Source of the DNA: Geosiphon pyriformis uo1
Taxonomy: Eukaryota; Fungi; Glomeromycota
Assembly: GCA_016748015.1 (NCBI GenBank)
Contig: JAAOMT010000289.1
Coordinates: forward strand, 760,470 to 824,469
Direction of reading: 5' to 3'
DNA: 64,000 bases
Under the pieces are notes generated by a model. That model did no database searches, was not told the DNA's origin, and saw nothing but the letters and a program-made list of their open reading frames with translations. Each line of letters opens with the position of its first letter. Position 1 is the stretch's first letter. The translations under genes were made by a program, and so were the position numbers. Shown piece by piece: positions 29,094 to 42,045 of this stretch.

Positions 29094-30029
29094 GAGAAAA
29101 AAAGATTAATTTTTTTTATATTATATAATTATTATTAATTAAACACAATTGTTAATAATTAAGTATATTTATTAACAAAATTGTTTTTGTGTTAATTATT
29201 TTATTTTTAAGTTAATAATAATTGGTTAATTATTAATAATAAATTGTATTTTAATTAATTTAATAATTTAAAATTTTTAACTAAATAAACTATTTTGTTT
29301 TGTGCCAATTTTTTTTAATTTTTCAATAATTGATGTTTAAAACATAAATTTTTTTGTGTTTATAATAATTTTTTTTTGTTAAACCATATTTTTTTAACTC
29401 TTGTTTTTTTGGTGTTGGTTGTAATATTTTTTTGCTTTGTAGTTTTTTTTTGTTTTTACTTTTTTCTGCCATGTTTAAGTTATTTTTATTATCAAAAATA
29501 AAAAGTTATAAATTTACAGTGTTTAAGATAATAGTTTGTATATAAAAACAGATTTGTATGTATATTAATATGTGAACTTGCTTTATCTTTAATGGCCAAA
29601 AGATTAATGAAGAAATATTTATTTCTATTAATAATAAAAATAAATAATATTATTTTTAATAACTCAAAGAATTGTTTACATTAAATAAAAATTTTTTATT
29701 TGAGTTGACTATTTTAAAAATTGTTAAATTAAACTCGAATTTTGCAATCCAAATTTGTAAAATTTTAAACTTTAGGTGCACAATATATTTCCAGTTGATG
29801 TTACTTGCAACATTTGTAAAAAAATGAGAATATAGCGTTTTAGTTGTAAAAAAAATATATACCAGGGGAAAAATAAATAAACCATGACACGTTATTGCAT
29901 TATTGTCTAAATAGACATTGTTAGCCAATAAGACCGTTAACCACAATTTTTTTAACTTGCAGAGATTTTGTAGAATTTTTGTTGATAATCACTAAAGAAC
30001 ATCCTTCTTTAAACCTTTTTTTATTAGCG

Positions 30030-31669
30030 ATGGAGCAAAATGAATTACGACCAAAACAAAAATCTATTCAGGCTCAAACACCTCAAATGAAGGTCAAAAA
30101 AATGATGGAACACTTATCTGAAATTTCCAAAGATCAAAGTGAGACAAAAGGGATAACGGAGAGTCCTTCCAAAACTCTTAACAAAGGAAAAGCAAAATAT
30201 GTCATGGGGGATAACAAAATAAGTAAAAAGGCAAAGGGGAAGGAGCGAGCGAATTCCCCAAATGTTGAACTACTTGATTCCTTTGATAAATCAAAGAATT
30301 TCTCCGACTCGACCCATACTGTTTCTTACAAAAACGAAACTGGAATAGAGAAAAGTAAAACTGTTTCAACTATAAATGTGTCGATTAATAATCCCCCCAA
30401 CGATAAGGGAAATCATTTGGAAGATAGGTGAGCTCTATATTTTTCTCAGAATTCATAAAAATAATGAAATAATTTAATTTAGAATTTAGGAACTTAAAGT
30501 GGAAACCCCCTGCCGCTTTCCAACCCTTTATTTATCAGAACGATCAAACTGTTTTCGATCATGAAGAATTACAAGATGATAAAAAGGAGTTATGGCTTTT
30601 TCGTGTGCCGCTCGGGGTACTTACATCCTTCATGCCTATTATTATTTTTGCAAGCAGCACGCAAATCAGTTTGAATTTTCTTATTTCCAGCTGGAAAATA
30701 TGAAGTTAGAAGGATCGATAATTACACTGCCCCCTCTCTCGCATTCAAAAATTGCTCGGATTGGGACTATTGAAGGACAGCACAAAGATAAATTTGGATT
30801 ACATTGTCTACCCAAAAAAGAAAATTTTCTTAAATCCATTGATGACGACCATCTTGAAGAAGAAAAAGTGCATGATGATGTAGATTTCATCGGTTGCCAA
30901 GATATGTACGATGTTTCATGTTTAATGCCTTCTCGCCAGAGGGATGGACACCTCGTTTTAGGTATATTGGGGTATCTTTTTTAAGAATTTATTTTTTTCG
31001 ATTTTGAAATAACGATTTTTAATTCAATAGAAACAAAGCAATTCAGCCAACGCATTGCAATTACCCAATTAATTGACTTGCCAGATCCTAAGCAGGCAGC
31101 TTTGGATATTCTGGCTAAACCAAAAACACCACTAGAACAACCAAAAGACCTCAAATTGCAATTCAGACCTTATGGTTTTGATACAGGCATGCTCTGTTCC
31201 TTGAATCTTAAAATTATTTTTAGGATTCCTTTTTCTAACTCATTAAGCTAATGTCCAATAGGTCATTTACAAAATTCAAAGAAACGAAAGCAAGAAGCCA
31301 CTGAATATGACGTTAATGAAGACTTTAAAAGTAATATGACAAGTGTGATTAATGCTATGTTAGTTTACTTCTAATCGCTAATCGGATCATTCATAAATCT
31401 TCGATATAGCTGGCAACAGTATCACGTTAGAAGATGAAAAAGCATCATTGGCCATTAATTTACTTGACGCCTTACCTCGAATCGTAAAACCACAACCTTC
31501 CAGAAAGAAAATTCCTATACCAATACCAACGGAAAGAGGCGAACACATTACACATCTCCCCGATAAAAGGATCGATAAAAAGATTGAGGACAAACGCAAA
31601 TCCGGAGCAAAAAATAAGGTCAAAAAAAGGAAATTCAACAGATCCCGAGGGTTCCAAGACAGTTTTTGA
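30030..31669 (+). CDS. RPA34: RNA polymerase I subunit RPA34.5 (RPA34/CAST)-like protein, about 6 exons
   Basis: KELWLFRVP motif, LEQPKDLKLQFRPYGF motif and a Lys-rich C-terminus, all typical of the RNA_polI_A34 family. Confidence 0.75.
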
Positions 31670-32177
31670 GTCAACTTTATGGCATATATAAGAGAGTATA
31701 TAAATGTTCTATCTTGTTTAAAGTGCCCAAAAAATGGTTAAAAAATATTGATATTAATTCGAATCTCTGATATCCAAGAAAAGGGACAATGTACCGATCC
31801 TCAGATCTTTATCTGTGTGATAGGATTTTACAATTATTTATTCAATTGACGAAATAAATTATTTAAAAGAGGAGGTATATTACCATCAAATTTAGTGTAC
31901 TTTTTTAATCATTACGGTCTTTCGTATATTGACTTCTAAACCCGTTTTCTTGCGCCACATGGGGAATTCTTCAACTAGACGTCTCTGAATTTAATGCGTT
32001 TGATTTTGGAACAAAGTAACTCGAAATTTGTCGATTGGAAAAGTGCAGATTTTTTGAGACTAAGAGAAGCTTTGTAAAGCAATAAGTGTTCAAATTAGAA
32101 ATTAATGATACTTTCATTTCCCTTAAATCCGCTATATTTGTAGACTTACATTCCTTCAGAGTATCTTGATTTAACAA

Positions 32178-32843
32178 TCATTTGGCACTCTGCTTGTACA
32201 TTGTCGTGTCCAGGATTTGCTTACCGCACATTGCGCAAATCCCTTGTTTGTAAGCGCAACCTATGGAGAAAAAAATTACATTAATATACCAAAAATAACC
32301 TACAATATTCTCTAAATCCTTGAGAGAACCTCGTATATGATATGGGTGAGGTAGATAACATTACCAATGTTGAGGGTTGAAAGGTAATAAAAATGCGAAT
32401 CATTCACAATAGGAATCTTACCTTGACAGTAATGAGCGTGTTCTTGATGCACTCGGGATTTACATATTTTGCATTTGTTTTCGTAAGGTTTAAACCTGTG
32501 AAAAAAAAACATTAAAAATCTTAATGTTATGATTTCGAGGTTCCTTGATATCAACTCTAAAGATACTCACCGGTTCTTCCCTGGTTTACTTAAAAGTTTA
32601 TTCTCATGGAGTCTTCTATCTGTCCCAACTAAAAAAAAGGATTATAAGATCAAAACGATTAGATGTGAGTTAGAGTTCACAAAACTTAAACATTGAGGTA
32701 CCAGCAGTGTTTCGTGACCCTTCTTTCCATTTGTCCGGACATATAACTTTCGCTAATTTCTTCTCGCCTATTGAAAAGAGGTTTAAAAATGCCTGAACCA
32801 AAAACCTTATGATTTAATATTGCTTACATTTTTTGCACACCAT
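32178..32843 (-). CDS. CRIPT: Cysteine-rich PDZ-binding protein (CRIPT), 5 exons
   Basis: Spliced product MVCKKCEKKLAKVICPDKWKEGSRN..HENKLLSK..RFKPY..KCKICKSRVHQ..AHYCQGCAYKQGICAMCGKQILDT..YKQSAK*. Confidence 0.95.
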
Positions 32844-33027
32844 CTTTAAAGAGGTCCTATAAAAGAAATATTAGCAACCAGCTTAAAAAGTAGGCGGTTT
32901 TCGTGAAATTAACTCCCGGCCAATTATTTACAATCATTATGATATCATCAAGTATGTATAAATTGAAACCTCTTTTGGGTATTCCAACAAAGTGAACAGT
33001 AATGGTTTACTCTGCCTCTAGTCAAGC

Positions 33028-34823
33028 ATGAGAGTTTCTCAGTTGGGCGACGTTTCGCTTGAGCTCCAGCTTTCCTCCAAATCAAAATTAGAAGTTAAAC
33101 AAATGGATCTTAGGTCTTCTCTGATCTATTCGGAGAGTTGCAGTGGCGATAGTTCCAATATTTTTGAAAACTTCCCTTTTACATTCACAGCTCCTCAGGT
33201 GCTTAAACTCCCCCCCTTGGCAAATTTTACAAACAATTATAAGGAGCCTCCACAACAACCTGTTCGTTTTGAACTTAGCATTGAAAGGAAGACACGCAAT
33301 TACTTTAAACGACACACTTTGAGTCGTCACCCTGGAAAGAAAGGGCCACTAGTTATGGCGAAGACACAAATTGCTTTGGATGCCCTACCAACTGAGATCC
33401 TTATCAATATTATGGAATATTGTGAATCATTAGATAATGTGAGCTGTCTAAATAAGTTTTTTCATAATCTGGTCCAAAATAAATTGGTACTTGCACGTTG
33501 GAGTTTACGTCAATTAGGCCGCTCACAAGCTTTGATGGTTACTATTAATGCTTTATGGCGAGAATCTGAAGACAAATCTGGAGGCTTGGAATTGGTCAAA
33601 TACATGGTCAACGCTGGAGCTGATATTTTTTGCGGTGATCATGGAATGTGGCTTTTGAAACTATTGGAAGTTAAAAAATATCGCTTATTGGAATGTTTGT
33701 TGGATCACTACAAGTATTTTTTCTTCAGAGAACCATTAAGTCAAAGAGAAAATGAGATTCATAATCATTATGTTGAAAATGGTGATCACACAATTAACGG
33801 TGATGAATACGACAGCGCAGTCGACATTCGTGTTCAGAAAACCATTAAGGAGGTGGCCCACCGTGCTGTCTTTAACGACAATCCAGCCGCCAGCGTTATA
33901 GCTTTTCTTATAGATAAAGGTTTCAAATCCAATATGGCTTTATCAAAATTCATCAAACTAGGCAATCATAGTGTCGTAAATCTCATTTTAAAAAACATAG
34001 ATAAAGCTCCCTTAACCAAAGAAGAAATAAATCTTGCCATGAAATTTTTTCAATTTTATTCAAGCCGTCGAGGTGATTTGGATATGATCCGACTTTTCCT
34101 TTATCACCGTGTTATTACCATTGATGATGATGGACGTGCACCGGAATATCCAGCTTTACTTGAAGAGGCTATTTGTTTTCAAAATGTCCATGTGGTCGAT
34201 TACTTAATTGATCACGGTCTCTATCACATTCCTCATTCAGTTCAAACAATTAGAAGAATGCTAAAAGCAACGCAAAAACAGGGTCAGCTTGATGAGAATT
34301 ATTTTATATTTTTATTATTTGTAAGGGAAATATTCTAGCGATTTGCACAAAAAATTGATGGAAGGCGTATTTTGTATATAGGCGATCACATTCTCTACCA
34401 TCTCTATCGAAGAAAATTCTTCGATATTCAACCAGTCCCAGCCGTAGAGCATCCATCGCATTGGCACCGTTCACAAGAGTGGTACGTGAATAGCACTTAT
34501 GGGAGACTAATTTATTGTATCTAAAATAATTTTTATAAATTAGGATTGTTGAAAAGATTTGTGATATCCCGCAGACCAGAAGTCTCCTAAGGTTTTTACA
34601 GAATTTGGGTGGACAGTTTATGTATTGGACATGGGAAAATAATCAAAAAGAAGAGCTTTCACATCCATTCAACATACCTATTGATCGCCGAGTGTTAATA
34701 AGGATCATCGATAACCATTCACTTGATTTACAAATTTCTCGCGAACAGATTGAGGATATATATTTTGAAGACATGTATTGGCGGAAATATGTCCGCGGAA
34801 AGGGCATATTATATTTAATATAG
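33028..34823 (+). CDS. F-box protein with degenerate ankyrin-like repeats, 3 exons; start codon uncertain
   Basis: F-box LDALPTEILINIMEY..SCLNKFF. Ankyrin-like segments LELVKYMVNAGAD and AICFQNVHVVDYLIDHG. Phase-compatible introns at about 34283-34381 and 34482-34543 join ORF 34605-34823. Confidence 0.7.
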
Positions 34824-35135
34824 TAAGACGAAGCCTTCCCGTTGAGCATTATCAGCTGCACGGAAAGACAGTATATATTGCTTGTTTCCGATATCGAATA
34901 AAGACTCGGTTAATTTATTTTCCTGGTTACTGTTAAAGGATGAACTAATGATAATTGGCCTCATGGAAATATTGTCAGGCTGACTTCTTTTAAATGTCCC
35001 GCTCTATAGCACGAAACGTGCCTAAAGCAAATTAAAAATAGCTTTAGTATTTTATCTTTCACTTAATCTGAAGAGAAAAGCGTTCAATTCCCAAAATTTC
35101 TCATTATATGAAACTGAAAATCGCTTCACGAAAAG

Positions 35136-36333
35136 TTAATGAATGTCAGGAGCAGGAATTTGGTGGTGTTGCTGTAACTTGTATTCAAATTCCATTTTCA
35201 TCAATCTGATTTGTTCTAGATCTTTGGTTAGCTTAATCTTTGTGTTCTCTGCGTTAATACGCTCAATATCCAATTTTTCTTTCTGAAGATCAAAATCTTT
35301 TTGCATCTTTTCTTTTTGGAGCATAACCTGCAATTCCATCTCACGTTGTTCCATCGCAAGTTTCCCTTCCCAATACTTCTCTACCCAATTACTCGTTTGT
35401 GGGATGAAAGAATTAATGGGTGATATGTTATGAGCGTTTGTTGATATTACGGGTGCAGAATTGGCAGTAGGTAAATTGTTGGTGGTGTTTCGCGGTGTGA
35501 TTGGTGCGGAAGTAGTGACGACACGCTTTTTCCTTTTAGTGGGGCGCTTATTCTCCTCAGAATCATCAGAAGAATCCACACCTGGGTTTCCTGATTTAGG
35601 TTCCCCTGTGATATTTGTGGAGGGGGTATGTCCACGCTGTCCAAAAACTTGATCCATACGCGTGTACCATGCCCAATTGGGTGATGTTCCACCTGAATTC
35701 TTTTGCGAGCGAATCTTGTGATATTTTGCGAGAAGTTTATGAACTTTATTTTTCACTTGGGTAGGATTTCGGTTCTTTAATACATCCGTAATAAACTGCT
35801 TATAAAATTTTGTTTTGTTTCCGGAAAACCAATTACCATAATTGTCATTAATATAATTCAATAAGAGTGTTGTCTCTGTTTGATTCCACATGATATCTTC
35901 TTCTACTTCGGTGCCAATATGTTCAGGGAGAGCTGAAAGGGGATTGATTTCGTCATCTTTGTTATTTGCAGTTTGAGAAAGAGGAGGTCTCTCTGTCAAG
36001 CTTGCTTCTTGTGTTGTTAAGATATGGCTTGGGCGTCCATTTAAAACCCCAGATCCATGTTCTGGTAACGCATATAGACTATTTGAGGTGCCTTGGACTA
36101 CTAACCATTGATCTTTGTCCGAAGACCCGTTCGAAGCTCCCTTTGAAGAGTTAGAACGCACAGAGGCTAGATGATTCTAGAATTATGTGATTTAATGTTA
36201 AGAGGTCAAAAACATCTTGTCATAAAGTACAACTCGGTTTTCTTTGAAAGGCAAAAGGCGGGAGGAAATTCAGACGACCTACCTCATAAATTGTTAAATC
36301 TGAGAGTTCTGTTTGCGAGTCTATGGCAGTCAT
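35136..36333 (-). CDS. Myb/SANT-like (trihelix/MSANTD-type) DNA-binding protein with C-terminal coiled coil, 2 exons
   Basis: W..TETTLLLNY..F..RNPTQVKNKVHKL..KY..W.WYTRMDQVFG, NLS KRKKR, and coiled coil MEQREMELQ... First exon MTAIDSQTELSDLTIYE followed by gtaggt. Confidence 0.8.
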
Positions 36334-36924
36334 TTCGTCTGCTAAGAACCGTATCGAGTTGTTCCTGTTTCCTGCGATTGCGTGAACGAGTCAAATAAGA
36401 GAACAACTTGAAACAATCTTTTAAGACGCTCTTGTTGGATTTTGAGAGGTTAGATCAACGGCGAATCTTTACATTGATCCGAACAAATGTGTTTACTGAT
36501 GATGTAGCTATCATCATTTAATTTAATCATTATGCCCTTTTTAGAGGACTGGATTAGTCCAGAATTCCAAACTTGACTTATTAAGCCATAGTGTGAACAT
36601 CTTTATTCCTTTACTCAGCCACATTTTGAAATTTTCTTTCAATTATATTACTAAGGCTTTCCTTTGCAACTTTCAGATTACTGAGATTGTTCAAATATAT
36701 TTCTTATTAAAAGCTTAGGATTGAAAGACCTTATTGCAAAACAGTTTACTATAGAGGAATGAAAACTTGAATTGAGACCCAAGAGTCATAAATAAGAGTT
36801 ATATATTGATTTTAAATAAAAAATAGGAAGAACACATTAATGAATCTTTAGAAACTGAAAAGAAGAGATAATGCAAGCAAGAATCCATCATACCTTTAGA
36901 TTAAATTTTCTAATTTTATTATCC

Positions 36925-38101
36925 TCACCCAATCAGTTCTTTCAACATGTTTATTAAGCCTTTTTGGCGAGTGCGGATCTAAGAGTAAAGAGTTGATATA
37001 ATAATGAATAAGAATCAAAGAAAATCGATCGAGAAATGAAGTATGAAGAAATCTACTTTATGATTTCTTTTTTGAATTGGGCTTCACACGAATTCGGGGT
37101 GTGACCGGGGAATTTTTTTGCGATCTCTTCCCTAACCCACAGATTTGAGAAAATTAGAGCACTTTTCATAAGACTGTGATTCAAAAAAAGTAATAATTTG
37201 CAAATTTATACCAATTAGACCCATATTTCTTTACAAGTGAATTTAACTCCACAATCTTCTCATTATTCCATGAAGGAATACTTTTTTTTGCAGTTGGGTG
37301 TTTCTGGCGATACTTTGATTTGCAATTATCCGCTGTCCGTCCAGGTAAACTTTTAGCGATCATTTCCCAGTCATTAGGATGCTCGTTAAAAAGTTGCTCC
37401 AATTCATTTATTTCTTCAGGTGACCACTTTTTGGCAGTAGCTTTGCGCAGCGGTGGATTAGGGTCGATTTCTTTAAATTTGTTATGACAAGCTGTAGGAG
37501 TTCTTCCCGGAATTTTACAAGAGATATCTTCCCATTTCTCATTAGGTTTCTTGTTGAGGTATTTCTTAGCAAGAGCATATCTCAAAAGTTTTGTCTTTTC
37601 CCCAGTTGTCCATTCGCCACGTCCGGGAGTTTCTATCTTCTTAGGTACCTTTGCAGCTTTCTTTTTAATGGCAGGACGTGCTAAGGTTGAAGGCCGCTCG
37701 TGCACAATTGCTGTCTTTTCAACGACGCTTGAGGCAAGTGCTTTGACGGGTGGTATCAACCCCAATTGTACGGACTTACTTCTGATCGACCTTGGTGATC
37801 TTCCCGGCAGTTCTTGCGCAAGTGTGATCAATTTTTGGGCAGTTGGAAGGTTCTTATATTTTTTAGATTTGCTTAGCTTTTCAAGCTTTTGTGTCTCAAG
37901 GTCAGTCCACAATCCACTACTGCTTACTTTTGGGGGTATAGGAGGTAGCTTTCTCAGCATACCAAGGATGTTTGAGGTAGTGGAAAAGGTGCGCCCCGCC
38001 TCTCTAAGTGACGCGATTCGTACATCTCGTGGTATTCGCGACGAGATAAAGTTTCTCGAAAGTAACCTTACCCCCAACGGAACCAACGTTGACAACTTCA
38101 T
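36925..38101 (-). CDS. Protein with four Myb/SANT repeats and an Arg/Ser-rich N-terminus; 3' exon tentative
   Basis: Repeats WTDLETQKL..LPGRS, WTTGEKTKL..WEDIS..IPGRT, WSPEEINEL..WEMIA..LPGRT and WNNEKIVEL..W|EEIAKKFPGHT. Confidence 0.8.
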
Positions 38102-38499
38102 CTCTTATGAGAAAGCCTTTGAATAGACTTGCTTTCAAATAACGCGAAGCCCAAGTGTGAAGATAGCACTCACGGTGTAGTGGTATTTCGTTTTGTGGAA
38201 AGAAAACAAAAATAAGGGTAACTCTGGTTACATCTCATGATCTCAAAGGTAATTAAATTATAAGATCAGCCAATTCTATGATAGAGGCATTAATGCTAAA
38301 AATGGAGCCACAATTAAAGCTTCAATTATTTAAATCATTTTATGTTATTTACAACAAAAATATTTTGAATTTGAAAAAACAATATATATGTATATTAATC
38401 TGTTTATATGCTAATTGATTAGTTAAAGTTTTATTATTATTATTATTATTATAAAAAAAAACTTTTTTTTTAATTTTTATAATCATGATTAAAATAAAG

Positions 38500-39700
38500 A
38501 ATAAAAAAACTGTACATCTTTTATCTCTTTTGTTACTCAAAACAACCAATAATTTCTTTATTAATAAAACACTAGTGGTCATTAAAACTGCTTATTAGCA
38601 CTTTGTAGAAATGCTTTTTTTAATTAAATTTGTAATTAAACAGTTTTTTATTGGTTTAAAAACATCTTTTTTATTTTTGGTTAAAAATATTTTTTCTTTT
38701 TAAGGTTTTTTTAAAGTAGTTTATTTAAAACAGTCCTAATATAGTTTTTGTCTTTTCTATTAATTTTAAAGTATTTAATAAAAAACTGATAACCAAGTTA
38801 TTTTTTATTGTTATTTTTTTATTGTTATTTAAATAGTCAAATTTTTTATTATATTTAATAACAACTTTTTAAAATACTAAAAAGTTTTTTTTTGGTGTTT
38901 TTGATAATTTTAATGTTTTAAAGCCTGTTTTTTTTATTTTTTTGATAATTTTGTTTTAATATAGCTGTAAATAGAAAAAAAAAATTTATTTTAAATAATA
39001 ACAATAAATAAATATTAGTTAATCTTAATTTAAATTAGTCTTTGGCTAATATATAAATTTTTAAATATATCTTTAATTAATTATTAAATTACTTAATTTT
39101 AAAAATTGAATTAATTAGATAAAAATTGAATTAACTTTTACTTTTTTGTTTTTTAGTATTGTTTTTAATAATATTTAAAATACTATTTCTAATTGTTAAA
39201 AAATTTTTAAATAAATAATTTTCACTTTAGTATTTGATACTATATTTGAAATTAAATTGGTTTTTTGTTTTAATTACTGTCTAAATTTGTTGAATTTAAA
39301 TCTGTTTTAAATAATAATATTAAATTGTTTTATGTAAATTTTGTTTTTATAACTTTTTTAATTATTATTGTTAAAATTATTATTAGTAATTTTTTGTTTT
39401 TATTATTTTTAAGATTACAAAGTCTTTTATAATAGTGTTTGTTTGTTTTTTACTTTTATTGTATTTTATAATGTTTTTTTTGGTATATTTTTTAATAATA
39501 TTAAAAATATTCTTAGTATTTTTAGTATTGCTATTTTGATTAAGTTAAAATTTATTAATTTATAATAATATATTATTATTTGTTTTAAGAAATCTTTTTT
39601 TGTTGCTATTATTCTTGTTTGTTAATTTGCACTAATAAAAAAATAGTGTTAAAAATTTTTTTTTACTTAACCAAAAAAAATTATTATTTAAAAAAATATT
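38500..39700 (+). mobile_element. Ghost copy of the ORF1-only element; boundaries approximate
   Basis: ~39155 agtattgtttttaataatatttaaaatactatttctaattgttaaaaaatt aligns to 40452 ggtgctacttctggtggtgcttgaaaaactattactagtcgtcaaaggttt. ~39315 aataatattaaattgttttatgta aligns to gacaatgtgaagctgttttgtatg. Confidence 0.55.
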
Positions 39701-39761
39701 TTTAAAGTTAAATTAGTTAATTTTTTTTGGTTATAATATTTTTAAAATTAATAATTTGATT

Positions 39762-42045
39762 GAAAAAAAACTTTTTGTCTTCTTAATTTTATGACCACGA
39801 ACAGAGCAAAGAGTAAAAAAGCTGTATCTGATATCTGTCCTGAGATATTTAATAAAATTTTAACCAGAGGAGCTCTTTTTGTTGTAGAAGCAACTAGGCA
39901 AAATGTTTTAGAAGCCTTTTCCTTACCCAGTAATCATGATAAGCTGCCTTTGGTAGCCACTGAAGCAACTTTTTTGTCTTTGGTTGGTTTTTTACCAGTC
40001 AAAGTTCTCTCAAAGAGACACACTTAGATTAGTTTCAGTGTTGTTTCCATCCCAACTAAGAGCCCAAAAGTTTTTAATAATAGACCAGTGAATAAGCTGG
40101 TTTTTCCCTCTATAAATTCAACATCTGGTGCTTCTAGCACCACTTCTTCAAAAAAAAATGGTCAAAAAGACCAAAAGTTCAGAAAAGTGGGGGCAGTCAC
40201 TTGCCTCTGCTATTGTTATACTGAATCTTTTTGTGGTTCCCAATGAGATCTTAGATAAAATCTCTATAGCATCATCCAGCACATCATCCAAGATAGGCCA
40301 AGATCAACCACTGGCTGTATTATCAAATATGGTGTTTTCTGGCAGATCATTGCCAGTTTTAGAAGCAAAACAATCTTTTTCTGTTGGGTCATCTGTTCTT
40401 GAGAACTGGGCTGATTATATGGAAACTGAATTATATCCTCTTTTAGTTTCTGGTGCTACTTCTGGTGGTGCTTGAAAAACTATTACTAGTCGTCAAAGGT
40501 TTGCTGGGTGTGTGGCCTCCACTCTGGTGCCTGGTACTACTTTTAAGATCAAATTGGCTTATGTTAAGACTGTTTTTTAGTCAATACATAGTTTCTTGGA
40601 TGTAAAGTCAGTATTAAAAGACAATGTGAAGCTGTTTTGTATGGAGTTTGCTTCTCAAATGTCTTTGAAAACTGCATTTTTGGTTGAGCTTACAAGCTTT
40701 GTACATTTGACCACTCTTAAAATTGCCAAGTCTTTGGTAATCTCTAAGTCTGGTTTCCCTTTTGCTGCTATTGCACTGCGTGATGTGCCCTTGGGTGTGT
40801 TTGCTGCTAACATTAAGACAGCTCTCAATGTATTTGGTAGTGTCACTTGTGTTGTGCTGAAGCCTGCTGGCATTTGGCAGTACATGGTGGTTTATTTTGA
40901 AAAGTTGGATTCTGTTGTGTCTGTTTTAAATTATTGGTCAGTTTTGGTGAGCAAGAATAGTGTTAGAATTCTCTCTTTAGTGAATCAAAATGAGACTATT
41001 TTGTCTCATGATAAGTTTAAGGCCAAGTTGGTCAATCTCCCTTCTGGTTGTACTGTCTTTAAGATTAGTGATATGATCTCTCAGGTTGGTGGCCGGACAT
41101 GTTTTATTCCTCATTCACCTAATTCTGGTCATTGTTTCCAGTTTGCTCTGGTTATGTTTGGTTCCCAAGTTGATTTGGACTCTGTAGTCATCAAAACTGG
41201 TATCCTAAGAAAATGCCGTATTTGATAGGAAACTCCTGGTTGTCAATAATGCTTTAAGTGTCAAGAAGTGGGCCATTTGGCTGTTGACTGCAAAGTTTCT
41301 CTGCCTCCCCCTCCTAAGACTCCCAAGATGTTCAAACCATATTTTGTTGGTTCTTTGTTTTATGCTAAGGCATCTGCTCTCTCTGTTACGTCTGAATTTT
41401 CTCCTTTGGTGGCTTCCGCTCCTCCTGTGGCTGTTGTTGATCCTGCTGTTGGGTTCAGATTGGACTCTTTGGAAAAGCAAATTTCGGATTTGGCTGCTTT
41501 GGTAAAGTCTATTATTGAGTCTGTTGGCTTTTTGGTTGCCTTGGTATCTCGTTTTCTTGATGATAATACAGTTAAGACTGTTCAATTAGAAAAAAATCTC
41601 CTTTCTATAAAATATGCTTCTAACAATTTTGCCAATCTTTTGGTTGATGTGTCTAAGGACATTGTTTGTTTTAGATCTGAAGTTGACTTTGGTGGCATGG
41701 ATTATGATGATATGCAGACTACCAAACCTTTTCTTTTAAGTGAAGATACTGTTGAGTGTATTATAGCTTTGTGGTAGATGTTGAGTGCTGAGATTAGAAG
41801 TAATATTGAATCTACTAGATTATTTCTTAGTGAGTTTATTTTTGATTCTAGGAATCTGAATGGTATTATTGAAAAAATTCATGGTTTGAGATTATTCCCA
41901 CCTCCTATTGTTTCAGTGTAGTGTGTCCTTAATTGGTCCGAGTGACTAGTCATGTGTAGAAAACACATGATTAACATCTAGTTTAGATTATTTCTTTGGT
42001 GTATAGTACTAGATTGTTTTTGGGCTGCACTCATTAAGCAAAAAA
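39762..42045 (+). mobile_element. ORF1-only non-autonomous retroelement (HAL1/half-LINE-like), complete, with 9-bp TSD
   Basis: TSD AATTTGATT at 39753-39761 and 42046-42054. One ~700-codon disrupted ORF (39791-41921) homologous to LINE ORF1, with knuckle CFKCQEVGHLAVDC. It is followed directly by a LINE-type 3' UTR and A-tail. No APE or RT sequence. Confidence 0.88.

Noticed and set aside
37551-38126. 191-aa plus-strand ORF
   Set aside because: Antisense to the Myb-repeat gene, with no motif.
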